Positions 1 to 10,835 of a DNA stretch of 64,000 nucleotides are shown one piece after another. Source of the DNA: Gammaproteobacteria bacterium. GTDB taxonomy: Bacteria > Pseudomonadota > Gammaproteobacteria > UBA4575. Numbering within the stretch: position 1 is the stretch's first letter; each line of letters starts with the position of its first letter. The stretch lies in contig OZ244850.1 of the NCBI GenBank assembly GCA_965220895.1, positions 165,656 to 229,655 on the forward strand. Reading direction: 5' to 3'. Position numbers and translations under genes: made by a program. The notes beneath the pieces were generated by a model that saw only the letters and a program-made list of their open reading frames with translations, did not search any database and was not told the origin of the DNA.

Positions 1-1698
1 CGCAATCAGCTCTTCGACTTTCTTGCCCACCACCATCATCATGTCCGCCAGCTCATCAACGATGATGACGATGCTCGGCAATGGATTCAGCGTCTCGACC
101 GGGTCGTCCTGCGGCACACCATCCTCGGGGTGACCGGTAAATGGATCGGAAATCGGTTCGCCCTTGTCGATGGCCTGCTTCACCTTCGTGTTGAAACTCT
201 GGATGCTGCGGACCCCGAGTGCCGACATCAATTGGTAGCGTCTTTCCATCTCGGCCACGCACCAGCGCAATGCATTGGCGGCCTCCCTCAAATCGGTGAC
301 GACGGGTGAAAGCAGGTGCGGGATACCTTCGTATACGGCAAATTCCAGAATTTTGGGATCGATCAGGATGATCCGTACCTGCTGTGGCGTGGCTTTGTAC
401 AGTATGCTCAGCAGCATGGCGTTCAAGGCCACCGATTTACCGGATCCGGTCGTGCCTGCGACCAGCAGATGAGGCATTTTCGCAAGGTCCACGACGATCG
501 GGCGGCCGCTGATGTCCTTGCCCAGGGCCAGGGTCAGGATGGATGACGATTCATCGTAGGTTTCGGAGCGCAAGATGTCGCTGAGTACCACCAGCTCCCG
601 GTATTCATTGGGGATCTCAAGTCCAACGTGAGATTTACCCGGAATGACCTCGACGATGCGCACGCTCACCACCGAGAGTGCGCGGGCAAGATCCTTGGCC
701 AGGTTCGAGACCTTGCTCACCTTGATGCCCGCGGCAAGCTGCAGTTCAAAGCGGGTAATGACGGGGCCCGGATGGACCTCGACCACGGCCGCATCAATAC
801 CGAAGTCCAGCAGTTTCAGTTCGACCTGGCGCGACATGGCCTCCAGTGCATCGTCTGAATAGCCCCTCACATCATCGGCAACGTTGTCCAGCATGGAGGT
901 CGGGGGCAAAGCCGTCTCCACCGAATCAAACAACGGGATCTGGCGCTCCCGTTCGGCCCGCACGCTGGGCGTGATTTCTTCCACGGTAGGCTCGATTCGG
1001 GGTGGTGATTTCTGGATCTTCACCTTCTTGGCCTTGACGACCTTTTCGCGAGCCGTTCTTGCCTGCTTGCCCAGGTGCCTCTCTTTCAGCAGGCTGATTA
1101 GCCTCCAAAGCCACGAGCTGATCTTCAGGATGCATTTGCCGGTCATATCCAGCAGCCACAGCAAGGAGAAATGCGAGAACACGGTGATGCCGGCGAAGAA
1201 CAAGGCCAGGAGCAGCAAGGTGGCGCCGACATAGTTGAAAACCGCCAGAAATCCCGTGCCTACCATATCGCCCAGGACACCCCCCGCGGTGCCCGGAAGG
1301 AAAACCGGCTGAAAATGGAGTGTCGCCAGTCCGCACCCGGCCGCCAGCGTCAGCAAGAAGCCGGCCCAGCGCCATCCCAATGTACGGTAATCGATCACCT
1401 GTGTTTCGGTTCCCCCCCGGTACAGCAGCCACCCGCTGTAGGCCACCATGACGGGTGCCAGGTAGGCCAGGTATCCGAACAGGAAGAAAAACAGGTCTGC
1501 GAACCAGGCGCCGGCTTTACCGCCAAGGTTGTTTGCGACCAGATCGAGACTGGCCTGGGTCCAGCGGGGGTCGGACGGGTGATACGTGAGCAGCGCCAGC
1601 ATCAGGTAGGCGCCCAGCGCAACCAGTATCAGTAAAACGCTTTCGCGCAGTCCCCTAGGCAAAGAAGCCCGATCACCGGATTTCGATGGCTTTTTCAA
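1..1698 (-). CDS. ftsK: DNA translocase FtsK, N-terminal 566 codons; the gene runs off the window start
   Basis: Own minus-strand translation in the frame ending at nt 1. The likely TTG start at 1698 is preceded by an in-frame TGA. The N-terminus has hydrophobic TM segments, followed by '...MPHLLVAGTTGSGKSVALN...' (Walker A, around nt 425-480) and '...IVIIVDELADMM'. The ORF is absent from the track because it has no stop in the window. Confidence 0.9.
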   Translation of the reverse strand, partial: MKKPSKSGDRASLPRGLRESVLLILVALGAYLMLALLTYHPSDPRWTQASLDLVANNLGGKAGAWFADLFFFLFGYLAYLAPVMVAYSGWLLYRGGTETQVIDYRTLGWRWAGFLLTLAAGCGLATLHFQPVFLPGTAGGVLGDMVGTGFLAVFNYVGATLLLLALFFAGITVFSHFSLLWLLDMTGKCILKISSWLWRLISLLKERHLGKQARTAREKVVKAKKVKIQKSPPRIEPTVEEITPSVRAERERQIPLFDSVETALPPTSMLDNVADDVRGYSDDALEAMSRQVELKLLDFGIDAAVVEVHPGPVITRFELQLAAGIKVSKVSNLAKDLARALSVVSVRIVEVIPGKSHVGLEIPNEYRELVVLSDILRSETYDESSSILTLALGKDISGRPIVVDLAKMPHLLVAGTTGSGKSVALNAMLLSILYKATPQQVRIILIDPKILEFAVYEGIPHLLSPVVTDLREAANALRWCVAEMERRYQLMSALGVRSIQSFNTKVKQAIDKGEPISDPFTGHPEDGVPQDDPVETLNPLPSIVIIVDELADMMMVVGKKVEELIA

Positions 1699-1932
1699 TG
1701 CAGCTCACACCGAGTTGATCATCTATCCTTAAATTATCCGTTTAAGATATTGAATTAACTAAAACTATAATTCAATATTTTTGTATCATGAGATTTGCCC
1801 AAACCCCGCCACAGGGCTTTTATTGTACAGCAATAGCGCCTCAACTCATGTAAAATTCGCCCCCATGGGCACAAGGGCGATGCCGCCGGTTCAACGTCCA
1901 GAGTATAGTAAATTCACCGGGTGGTTTCTTAG

Positions 1933-2931
<999 letters not shown>

Positions 2932-2951
2932 AGCCGCCCTTTCACTGCCCC

Positions 2952-4139
2952 TTGACTGTCCAGAATCCGATTTCCGCAAAGACCCGCTCGGCGTACACCT
3001 GCAGTTTCCTGAGCTCACTTGGAGCCATCCAGGATGCAGACTGGAACCGCTTGCTGGTCGATAACGGCCCCTTTTTGAAACACGAGTTTCTGCATGCCCT
3101 GGAGCGCAACGGCTGCCTCGGGGAAAGATTCGGCTGGTATCCGCATCATCTGGTCGTGCGCGATGAGAACAAGCAGGTCATTGCCGCCAGCCCGCTGTAC
3201 GTCAAAACCAACTCCTATGGAGAGTTCGTGTTTGACTGGTCATGGGCATCCGCCTATGAACAGGTCGGGCTGGCCTACTATCCCAAATTCGTAGCCTCGG
3301 TACCCTACACGCCTGTGACGGGCCCTCGGCTGCTGATCCTGCCGGAAATGGCCGCGCAGCAAAAAAACAAAATTGCAGCGGCCATGATCGATGCCACCAT
3401 TAGGGAAGCGCAGAGGCTCGACATGTCGAGCATGCACTGGCTGTTCAACCTGGCCGAGGAGTGCAAATTCTACAAGCAGAACAACCTGGTGTTGCGCCTC
3501 GGGTGCCAGTACCACTGGCACAATCGGAATTACAGGTGCTTTGACGATTTCCTGCAAGACCTGGTATCCCGGAAAAGGAAAAAGATCCGGCGTGAAAGGC
3601 GTTTCGTACAAGATCAGCAAATCCGCATCCGGCGCCTTCACGGCTCGGAACTGGACGATGCATTATGGCAGCAGGTGCACGACTTTTACGCAAGCACCTT
3701 TCACCGGAAACACAGCCTGCCCACGCTCAGCCTCGGATTTTTCAAGGAACTCGGAACCAGGATGGGGGCACAGGTCCTGCTGGTGCTGGCCTTCCACAAC
3801 GAAAAGCTGATTGCATGTGCGATCAATTTTCTCGATGATGACACGCTATACGGGAGATTCTGGGGATGTCTGAAACAATTTCATGGGCTGCATTTTGAGA
3901 CTTGCTACTACCAGGGCATCGAATACGCCATCGAACGCCAGCTCTCCTCTTTTGAGCCGGGCGCCCAGGGCGAATACAAAATCAGTCGAGGCTTTTTGCC
4001 GACCCGGACCTGGTCCGCACACTGGATCTCGGATTCACGCCTGAGAGCTGCAATCGGGGATTTTTGCCGGCGTGAAGAGCGTTTCATGCAGCAGGAATGC
4101 AAAGAACTGATGGCATCATCTCCCTACAGGATTAACTAA
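2952..4139 (+). CDS. GNAT/FemAB-like family protein (DUF482-type 'peptidoglycan biosynthesis/recognition' family)
   Basis: 395-aa ORF with a family-typical stretch '...LYVKTNSYGEFVFDWSWA...YYPK...SVPYTPVTGPRLL'. The start is a non-ATG (TTG) and is uncertain. Confidence 0.6.
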   Translation: MTVQNPISAKTRSAYTCSFLSSLGAIQDADWNRLLVDNGPFLKHEFLHALERNGCLGERFGWYPHHLVVRDENKQVIAASPLYVKTNSYGEFVFDWSWASAYEQVGLAYYPKFVASVPYTPVTGPRLLILPEMAAQQKNKIAAAMIDATIREAQRLDMSSMHWLFNLAEECKFYKQNNLVLRLGCQYHWHNRNYRCFDDFLQDLVSRKRKKIRRERRFVQDQQIRIRRLHGSELDDALWQQVHDFYASTFHRKHSLPTLSLGFFKELGTRMGAQVLLVLAFHNEKLIACAINFLDDDTLYGRFWGCLKQFHGLHFETCYYQGIEYAIERQLSSFEPGAQGEYKISRGFLPTRTWSAHWISDSRLRAAIGDFCRREERFMQQECKELMASSPYRIN

Positions 4140-4160
4140 AACGATTTTCATTGTGATGAA

Positions 4161-4889
4161 GTGGACATACACTGGCTAGACCCCTCGAACGACCTCGCTC
4201 CATTTCCTGACGTAGAAAAAGCCCTGCAAAACCCCGACGGACTACTCGCAGCGGGAGGAGACCTGAGCGCTACGCGGCTGCTGAATGCGTATCGCAAAGG
4301 GATTTTTCCCTGGTACGAAGAAGGCCAGCCGATCCTGTGGTGGTCACCCAATCCGAGAGGCGTCCTCTACACGCGGCAGTTCAGGATTTCCTCCAGTCTG
4401 AGAAAAACCCTGCGCAAGCACGAGTGGACAGTAACCTTCGACGGTGATTTCAAAAAGACGGTTGCTGCCTGCGCCGCACCCCGGAGTTATGCAAGGGGCA
4501 CGTGGATTACCGGCGAGATGACGGAAGCCTATACCGCCCTGTACCAGCTTGGCTACGCGCATTCCGTTGAACTGTGGGATTACCAGGAGCGGTTAATCGG
4601 TGGCGTGTACGGGGTCATAATTGGGAAAATGTTTTTTGGCGAGTCCATGTTCAGTTTCCAGACCAACGCCTCCAAAGTTGCCCTGGCCTACATGGTCAGT
4701 CACCTATATCGCTGGGGCTGCCCGTTACTGGATTGCCAGCTGCCCTCGACCCACCTGCTGAGTCTTGGGGCAAAAGCCATGCCAAGAAGGGAGTACATCC
4801 GCATCATGACACCCTTATGCGAGAAAGAGCAGGCCAATATCGCATGGGAACTGGACACCCGCATCGATGTTGCGAACTGGAAGGTCTAG
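4161..4889 (+). CDS. aat: leucyl/phenylalanyl-tRNA--protein transferase
   Basis: The N-terminus 'FPDVEKALQNPDGLLAAGGDLSATRLLNAYRKGIFPWY' closely matches the Aat consensus. GTG start at 4161. Confidence 0.9.
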   Translation: MDIHWLDPSNDLAPFPDVEKALQNPDGLLAAGGDLSATRLLNAYRKGIFPWYEEGQPILWWSPNPRGVLYTRQFRISSSLRKTLRKHEWTVTFDGDFKKTVAACAAPRSYARGTWITGEMTEAYTALYQLGYAHSVELWDYQERLIGGVYGVIIGKMFFGESMFSFQTNASKVALAYMVSHLYRWGCPLLDCQLPSTHLLSLGAKAMPRREYIRIMTPLCEKEQANIAWELDTRIDVANWKV

Positions 4890-4904
4890 CAGGGAATCAT
4901 TTCA

Positions 4905-4919
4905 GAGGGCACAGCCCTC
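4905..4919 (+). terminator. weak stem-loop downstream of aat (GAGGGC-ACA-GCCCTC)
   Basis: 6-bp perfect stem with a 3-nt loop, 16 nt after the aat stop. There is no strong T-tract, so this is only a candidate. Confidence 0.25.
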
Positions 4920-5089
4920 ATTGAGTAACCTTCATGGGTTCACGGTACCTTCGGCTCGTGTGCGGATGAGTATCTGACAACAGAAACACGCGCTGCTAAA
5001 ATCCCCCGAAACATGACTCGATGACTTGGGAGCGCACGAGACGAGCCACTGGATGCAGCTCAGGATGAATTGACCCGGGAATTTTTGCA

Positions 5090-6265
5090 ATGAAAATGAA
5101 ACCCTCGCCCAGCGCCTATACCGAACATTACGTCTCGGCCCGGCTGCATGACCTCGAAACGGCGGACAACTACATTGAGCATACCCACACGGGTGACCCC
5201 ATGCTGGACCCGGTCATGGAAGAAATCTCCACGCTTCCCCCCGAAGACCTGCACAGGTTTATCGGCGCCGGAATAGAACAGCAAACCGAGATTTTGCGCA
5301 CTGCACCCCAGGCATTTCGCGACGCTTTTGACCACATTGACGAGCCTCCTTCCTGGCTCGACTACGAAGCCTTCAACCCGGCCATTCAGGCATTCTATAC
5401 AAAGGCCACCGACATATTGCTTGCAATGGTCACCGGAGTGCTGACCGAAGGCTTTTCGACGTTAATGAGCAAGCCATTCGGTATTACCGGCCGCATGCTG
5501 CAGGAAACCGATACGAGCATCCGGCAGCTGAAGCAGGTCAACCGCCACTTGCTGGAAATATTTTTTCCGGGTGGCCTGCTTAGAAAAGGCGACGGATGGA
5601 AGCTGTCCGTGCGCATCCGGTTTATCCATGCCCGGGTAAGACAGCTGATGAAGTCTGCTGAAGAGTGGAACACGCAGGCCTGGGGCGTGCCCATCAGCGC
5701 GGCACACATGGGGTTTTCAACGGCCTTGTTCTCGCACAGGCTGCTGGAGCACTCGACCGCAGTGGGAGCAAATTACAGCCAGGAGGAGAAAGACAGCATC
5801 TCCGAATTATGGCGCTACGTGGGTCACCTCATGGGTGTGCCTGAAACGATCCTGTACACCACCCCGCAAGAAGCACGCAAGCTGTTCAAGATAGGCTTCA
5901 AGTGCGAGCCGCCCCCGGACGCCGATGCAGCGACCATTTCAAACACCCTGATACAGTCCATACCTCTGGTCGCCGGGCTGACCGACCCGGATGAGCAGGA
6001 ATCCATGAGGGACCTGGCATACCGTATTGCAAGAGCATTGATCGGCAACCATCTTGCCGATCAGCTGCATTTCCCGAAAAGCGCCAGTACGGGAGTGCTG
6101 TACATGTACCGGGCCAAGCAACTCAGCCTTCGACTCACAAAGGATGTGCAGTTGATCAAGTCAGAGAATTTTCTCCAGCTGCTGAACGCTTCCCAGTACG
6201 ATGAGATCGGGATGAGCTACAAGATGCCCGATCATGTACTTGCATCTAAATCAAGCGAGTGGTGA
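5090..6265 (+). CDS. DUF2236 / MpaB-type (latex-clearing-protein-related) oxygenase family protein
   Basis: 391 aa. Contains a '...RIRFIHARVRQLM...' R-x-x-H-A-x-VR motif that I associate with DUF2236. The product call is by recollection of the family and is not verified. Confidence 0.55.
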   Translation: MKMKPSPSAYTEHYVSARLHDLETADNYIEHTHTGDPMLDPVMEEISTLPPEDLHRFIGAGIEQQTEILRTAPQAFRDAFDHIDEPPSWLDYEAFNPAIQAFYTKATDILLAMVTGVLTEGFSTLMSKPFGITGRMLQETDTSIRQLKQVNRHLLEIFFPGGLLRKGDGWKLSVRIRFIHARVRQLMKSAEEWNTQAWGVPISAAHMGFSTALFSHRLLEHSTAVGANYSQEEKDSISELWRYVGHLMGVPETILYTTPQEARKLFKIGFKCEPPPDADAATISNTLIQSIPLVAGLTDPDEQESMRDLAYRIARALIGNHLADQLHFPKSASTGVLYMYRAKQLSLRLTKDVQLIKSENFLQLLNASQYDEIGMSYKMPDHVLASKSSEW

Positions 6266-6424
6266 TGCGCCGCCGACCGCGAAAAGCGGGATCACCCTGA
6301 TTGCGATGTTTCACGCCGTTATGCTACGGTCAGTACCTTGTTCATGCCTCCCTGCGCTTCGCATGGTCGAAAACGACCGCCTTGCGCACAATGCAGCGCT
6401 GATCGTATTCCACTGGAGAAACCC

Positions 6425-7240
6425 ATGACCGGCATCCACCCTTCCCTGCGATCGGTTTTGTGGCTAGCCGTTCTGTCCTTGCTGGCCTTTTCCGATGTGC
6501 CCGTGCATTCAGAGGCCCTGACACCCGAGGAAATGGGCTTGAAGATCGCGCGTGATACCCAGGCACGTGATCAGGGTTTTGGCAATCTCACGGCACAACA
6601 AACCATGATTCTGCGCAACAAGAAAGGACAAGAGAGCCTGCGCCAGCTTCGGGTGAAAGTGCTGGAGGTGCCTGAGGACGGTGACAAAAGCCTGTTTGTT
6701 TTTGACAATCCCCGCGACGTGCAAGGAACTGCGCTGCTGATCCACGGTCACAAGGTTGCCCCGGACGATCAATGGCTCTACTTGCCTGCCTTGAAGCGTG
6801 TAAAACGCATCAGCTCCTCAAATCAGTCGGGTTCGTTCATGGGCAGCGAGTTTGCCTATGAAGACATGAGCAGCCCGGAACTGGAAAAATTCACGTATCG
6901 GTATCTGCGCGATGAGCCATGCGAAGATTTGACTTGCACGGTCATGGAGCGGTTTCCGGTCAATAAGAAGTCGAGCTACAGCCGTCAAGTGATTTGGCAA
7001 GACAGGGAAGCTCTGCGTACATGGAAAATCGAGTACTACGACCGTAAAGACGCGCACCTGAAAACACTTACCCTGAGCGATCACAAGCTATACCTGGATC
7101 GTTACTGGCGCGCCGGCCAGATGACAATGGTCAATCACCTGACCGGGAAAAGTACCATAATCAACTGGGCGGATTACCAGTTCCAAACCGACCTTGATGA
7201 TCGTGACTTCACGAAAACAGGATTGAGACGAGCACGTTAA
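6425..7240 (+). CDS. LolA-like outer-membrane lipoprotein-sorting/carrier family protein (secreted)
   Basis: The start was moved to ATG 6425, giving the signal peptide MTGIHPSLRSVLWLAVLSLLAFSDVPVHSEA. The body '...LYLPALKRVKRISSSNQSGSFMGSEFAYEDM...' is typical of the LolA_like family. Confidence 0.65.
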   Translation: MTGIHPSLRSVLWLAVLSLLAFSDVPVHSEALTPEEMGLKIARDTQARDQGFGNLTAQQTMILRNKKGQESLRQLRVKVLEVPEDGDKSLFVFDNPRDVQGTALLIHGHKVAPDDQWLYLPALKRVKRISSSNQSGSFMGSEFAYEDMSSPELEKFTYRYLRDEPCEDLTCTVMERFPVNKKSSYSRQVIWQDREALRTWKIEYYDRKDAHLKTLTLSDHKLYLDRYWRAGQMTMVNHLTGKSTIINWADYQFQTDLDDRDFTKTGLRRAR

Positions 7241-7262
7241 GGTCGTGGCAGATCCCTGCACC

Positions 7263-8495
7263 ATGATCCGGGCAGTCTGGCTTTTGACCATGGCCTTGAC
7301 TGCACAGGTATGTGCAGGCAGTGAGGTGGACCCGGAGATTTTCGGGCAGATCAGGATCGAAAACCGCTGGTACCCCGAGAATCCTGCCTACTCAAGCCAG
7401 TCGGAACTTGCCAGCGGGATCGTTTTTGAACCAGAACTCTACCTTGAAAGCGTTCATGGCTGGAGCTTCACCATGGTGCCGTTCCTGCGCTATGACAACG
7501 CTGATCCCCACCGCAGCCATGCGGACTTGCGTGAGGCGTACTTCCTGCTGCTCGGTGAAATTGGAGACGGCGAGTGGGAACTGCGCCTTGGCTTGGATCG
7601 GGTGTTCTGGGGCGTAGTCGAGTCCAATCACCTGGTCGATATCATCAACCAGACAGACCTGATCGAGCATCCGGATGAAGAAGTCGAGCTGGGCCAGCTC
7701 ATGGCACACGCCACCTGGTCCGGGGATCTGGGGGTCGCCGAGGTATTCATCCTCCCGCACCACCGGGAACGCACCTATCCGGGCCGCAATGGTCGCCTGC
7801 GCTCATCTCTCGTCGTCGATAACGACCACCCCTCCTACGAACATGGAGCCGAGGAATGGCATCTGGATTTTGCCGTCCGGTACAGCCAGAACTTCGGACC
7901 TTTCGATGTGGGAGTAAGCTATTTTGACGGCACCAGCCGGGACCCTCTCCTGCAGCCTCAGGCCAGCCGAAAGCGCGAGGGGGAGCTGGTGCTTGTCCCA
8001 TACTATGAGCAGATACGCCAGTTCGGGATTGACGCACAGCTGACCACCGACGAGTGGCTGTTCAAGCTCGAAGCCATTCATCGCTCCGACTCTCAAAACC
8101 TGCGTTTTGCAGCAGAGGATTATGTCGCATTCGTGATTGGTGCCGAGTACACGTTCTATTCCGTATTCGAGTCAGCCGCCGACTTTGGAATCCTAGGTGA
8201 GTGGTGTTACGACGAACGGGGCAAGGATGCAACGAATATTTTTGACGACGACTTCCTCGTCGGCATACGGGTAGCCTTCAATGATGTCCAGAATACGGAG
8301 ATATTCTCCAGCTTTCTGAAAGATTGGCACTATTCCACCAGCGCTTTCGTGATCGAGTTCAGCCGCCGTATCACCGATCAATGGTCAGCAGATCTCGAGC
8401 TTTTTTCACTGGTTAACGTAGAGCGAAAGGATGTCCAGCTGGACCCTGTTCGGCGGGACAGCTTTCTGGAATTTCGCCTGAACTACAACTTTTAG
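7263..8495 (+). CDS. putative outer-membrane beta-barrel protein
   Basis: ATG 7263 gives the signal peptide MIRAVWLLTMALTAQVCAG. The sequence shows alternating amphipathic beta-like segments and ends in ...LNYNF (C-terminal Phe, an OMP signature). It lies 22 nt after the LolA-like gene. Confidence 0.55.
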   Translation: MIRAVWLLTMALTAQVCAGSEVDPEIFGQIRIENRWYPENPAYSSQSELASGIVFEPELYLESVHGWSFTMVPFLRYDNADPHRSHADLREAYFLLLGEIGDGEWELRLGLDRVFWGVVESNHLVDIINQTDLIEHPDEEVELGQLMAHATWSGDLGVAEVFILPHHRERTYPGRNGRLRSSLVVDNDHPSYEHGAEEWHLDFAVRYSQNFGPFDVGVSYFDGTSRDPLLQPQASRKREGELVLVPYYEQIRQFGIDAQLTTDEWLFKLEAIHRSDSQNLRFAAEDYVAFVIGAEYTFYSVFESAADFGILGEWCYDERGKDATNIFDDDFLVGIRVAFNDVQNTEIFSSFLKDWHYSTSAFVIEFSRRITDQWSADLELFSLVNVERKDVQLDPVRRDSFLEFRLNYNF

Positions 8496-8544
8496 ACGGT
8501 TTGGCAGTTGACCTGGGCGTGCCAGGAATGCCCGCCCGACCGGC

Positions 8545-9540
8545 TTACCCGGCCTGAACCACCCCGCGCAAGGAGGCCGGAAGACCAAAAGACACATTCT
8601 CGACGATGCCATCCATATTCGAGATTTCCAAGTCAGCAAACTCCTCCAGCTTGGCGATCAGCTCCTGCACCAGTTCCTCCGGTGTTGATGCGCCCGCCGT
8701 AATTCCTATGGCCTCGATCCCTTGCAATAGCCGGGGATCTATTTTTGCCGGATCCTCAACCAGGTGACTGGGTGTACCGCTGTCATTGCTGACTTCGCAC
8801 AGGCGATTCGAGTTGGAGCTGTTTTGGGCTCCTACCACCAGCACCAGGTCAACCTGGGCTGCAAGGGTGCGGACAGCAGCCTGACGATTCTGGGTCGCAT
8901 AGCAGATATCCTTGATGTTCGGGCCCGCAATATTTGGAAACCTCCGCTTCAACGCCTTGATCACATCCCGTGTATCATCGACCGACAAGGTGGTCTGGGT
9001 TACGTAAGCCACCTTGTCCGGGTCACGCACTTCCAGTGCCTCCACGTCCTGCACATTACTGACCAGATAAACCGGCCCGGGGATTTGACCCAAGGTGCCC
9101 TCGACCTCGGGATGGTTCTCATGACCGATCAAAATTACATCGTAGCCCTTGGCGGCATAACGCTGGCCTTCCTTGTGCACCTTGGAAACCAGCGGGCATG
9201 TCGCATCGAGTGATTCAAGGCCACGCTCCGCTGCATCCTGCTGGACCTTTTTGGAGACACCATGGGCACTGAACACGGCGATAGCATTGTCGGGAATCTG
9301 GTGGATTTCTTCCACGAACTGCACACCCTTCGCTTTCAGGTTTTCAACCACTCTCCTGTTATGGACAATTTCATGCCGGACATACACAGGAGGCTCATAA
9401 AGTTTCAGCGCTCCTTCTGCAATGGCGATAGCGCGGTCCACACCCGCGCAAAAGCCGCGCGGCTGGGCCAGAATCACGCGGATTCTCTGTTTCTCCCCAT
9501 TCGCAGGATCGGGGGAACTCACTTGCAGTAATCCATCCAT
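8545..9540 (-). CDS. ispH: 4-hydroxy-3-methylbut-2-enyl diphosphate reductase
   Basis: 331 aa. 'RVILAQPRGFCAGVDRAI' and the rest of the sequence match LytB/IspH. Confidence 0.93.
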   Translation of the reverse strand: MDGLLQVSSPDPANGEKQRIRVILAQPRGFCAGVDRAIAIAEGALKLYEPPVYVRHEIVHNRRVVENLKAKGVQFVEEIHQIPDNAIAVFSAHGVSKKVQQDAAERGLESLDATCPLVSKVHKEGQRYAAKGYDVILIGHENHPEVEGTLGQIPGPVYLVSNVQDVEALEVRDPDKVAYVTQTTLSVDDTRDVIKALKRRFPNIAGPNIKDICYATQNRQAAVRTLAAQVDLVLVVGAQNSSNSNRLCEVSNDSGTPSHLVEDPAKIDPRLLQGIEAIGITAGASTPEELVQELIAKLEEFADLEISNMDGIVENVSFGLPASLRGVVQAG

Positions 9541-9570
9541 ATGTATGCTCTCACTGGGTCTCGCCTGCCG

Positions 9571-10659
9571 TTATGACCTTGCTTGCTCAAGGTACCTGCC
9601 TTCGACGCGTGGAAGACTGTAGGTCAGCATCCCGAACAATAGTTTCAAAGCCAGATTCGACCGTACCATGGCACTGGTGACAATGGTAACCATCCACACA
9701 CTGCGACGTGAAATCTTCACCTCTTGCCCGCTCCTGAATGCCGGGGTCGCATAGATACGACGCAGGGTCAGTACGGCCATCCCCAGCGCCCATAGGCAAT
9801 GCAGCCGGATGCCCGTTTCACGGGAGGGAATAATCATGATAAACCGCAATGCATTTGACAAGTGGTGGCGGGCGATCGCCACCAGATCAAACAGTCCCTT
9901 GGTAAAGCCGGGGTCGTTCTGTGCGGAAGACAAGGCACTCAACTCGAAACCTGCCGCACGAAAGATGTCCTGCGGCAGCCAGCAGGCTCCACGGCGCTGA
10001 TCGTCCCATATATCCTTCAGAATGTTTGTCATCTGCAGACCCTGGCCGAAGGAAACTGAGAGCGCAAGCAATTCCCCGCGCCGTTCACCGATTTTCTCGG
10101 AATAATCGCAGAACAGCTCGGTAAGCATCTCGCCCACGACTCCGGCGACGTAGTAACAATACTGGTCAAGGTGAGGCAGGTCGTTCAGACCCTGGATCGT
10201 TGCCTTTTGCTGAAATTCCGCCATTCCCCGCGACATGATTTTGACACAGCGCTCTAGTGCCTTGCGCTGAGTATCACTGAATCCCCTCGTGATGCGAACG
10301 ACCCGGGCAGTATTCGCGATCAGGTCATGCTCACTTTCAGTCGTTGACGAAGACAGCAGCTTGCCGAGATCATGCGCAAAGGGATCCGGCTCCTGTCTGC
10401 CTGCAACAACCTCGGCAAAGCGCTCGGAGAACTCACGTTTTTGTTCTGCAGAGAGTGCGGGTTCATCTTCGATGGTGTCTGTAATTCGGCACAGAAGGTA
10501 GGCATTGCCGACCACATCACATAATCGATCCGGAAGCTGTGGAATCGTCAAGGCAAATGTGCGAGACACCCCTTGCAAGGCCTTTTCCTGGTAGGCAAAG
10601 TCATTGCTCGTCAACGCACTTAGGGCGGACACCATTGCATAATCTATATTTCGCTTCAC
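9571..10659 (-). CDS. sqs: squalene synthase (farnesyl-diphosphate farnesyltransferase), long eukaryote-like type
   Basis: 362 aa. Contains 'SRTFALTIPQLP', the first Asp-rich motif 'ITDTIEDE', 'YCYYVAGVVGEML', and the second motif 'NILKDIWDDQRRG'. The length favours SQS over the roughly 280-aa HpnC/HpnD. Confidence 0.7.
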   Translation of the reverse strand: MKRNIDYAMVSALSALTSNDFAYQEKALQGVSRTFALTIPQLPDRLCDVVGNAYLLCRITDTIEDEPALSAEQKREFSERFAEVVAGRQEPDPFAHDLGKLLSSSTTESEHDLIANTARVVRITRGFSDTQRKALERCVKIMSRGMAEFQQKATIQGLNDLPHLDQYCYYVAGVVGEMLTELFCDYSEKIGERRGELLALSVSFGQGLQMTNILKDIWDDQRRGACWLPQDIFRAAGFELSALSSAQNDPGFTKGLFDLVAIARHHLSNALRFIMIIPSRETGIRLHCLWALGMAVLTLRRIYATPAFRSGQEVKISRRSVWMVTIVTSAMVRSNLALKLLFGMLTYSLPRVEGRYLEQARS

Positions 10660-10835
10660 AGTTGAATGATATTGTACACTCGTGCTGGATAATAGGAAAT
10701 TGGCAGCAAGCTTTAACTGCCGGATTTGATTGAATCTCCTGTCTATCCGGGGTGGTTGAAGTGGCCCCGTAAAGGGCTTTCAGCCTGTACATAGCCGCAT
10801 TCCGTCGCTACGAGAGTCTGTGCACCCCGAACCGT

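Noticed and set aside
926-1635. ORFs 926-1432 (-) and 1171-1635 (+) listed in the track inside the ftsK region.
   Set aside because: They are off-frame relative to the clear FtsK reading frame (TM region and linker), which is missing from the track only because it runs off the window edge.
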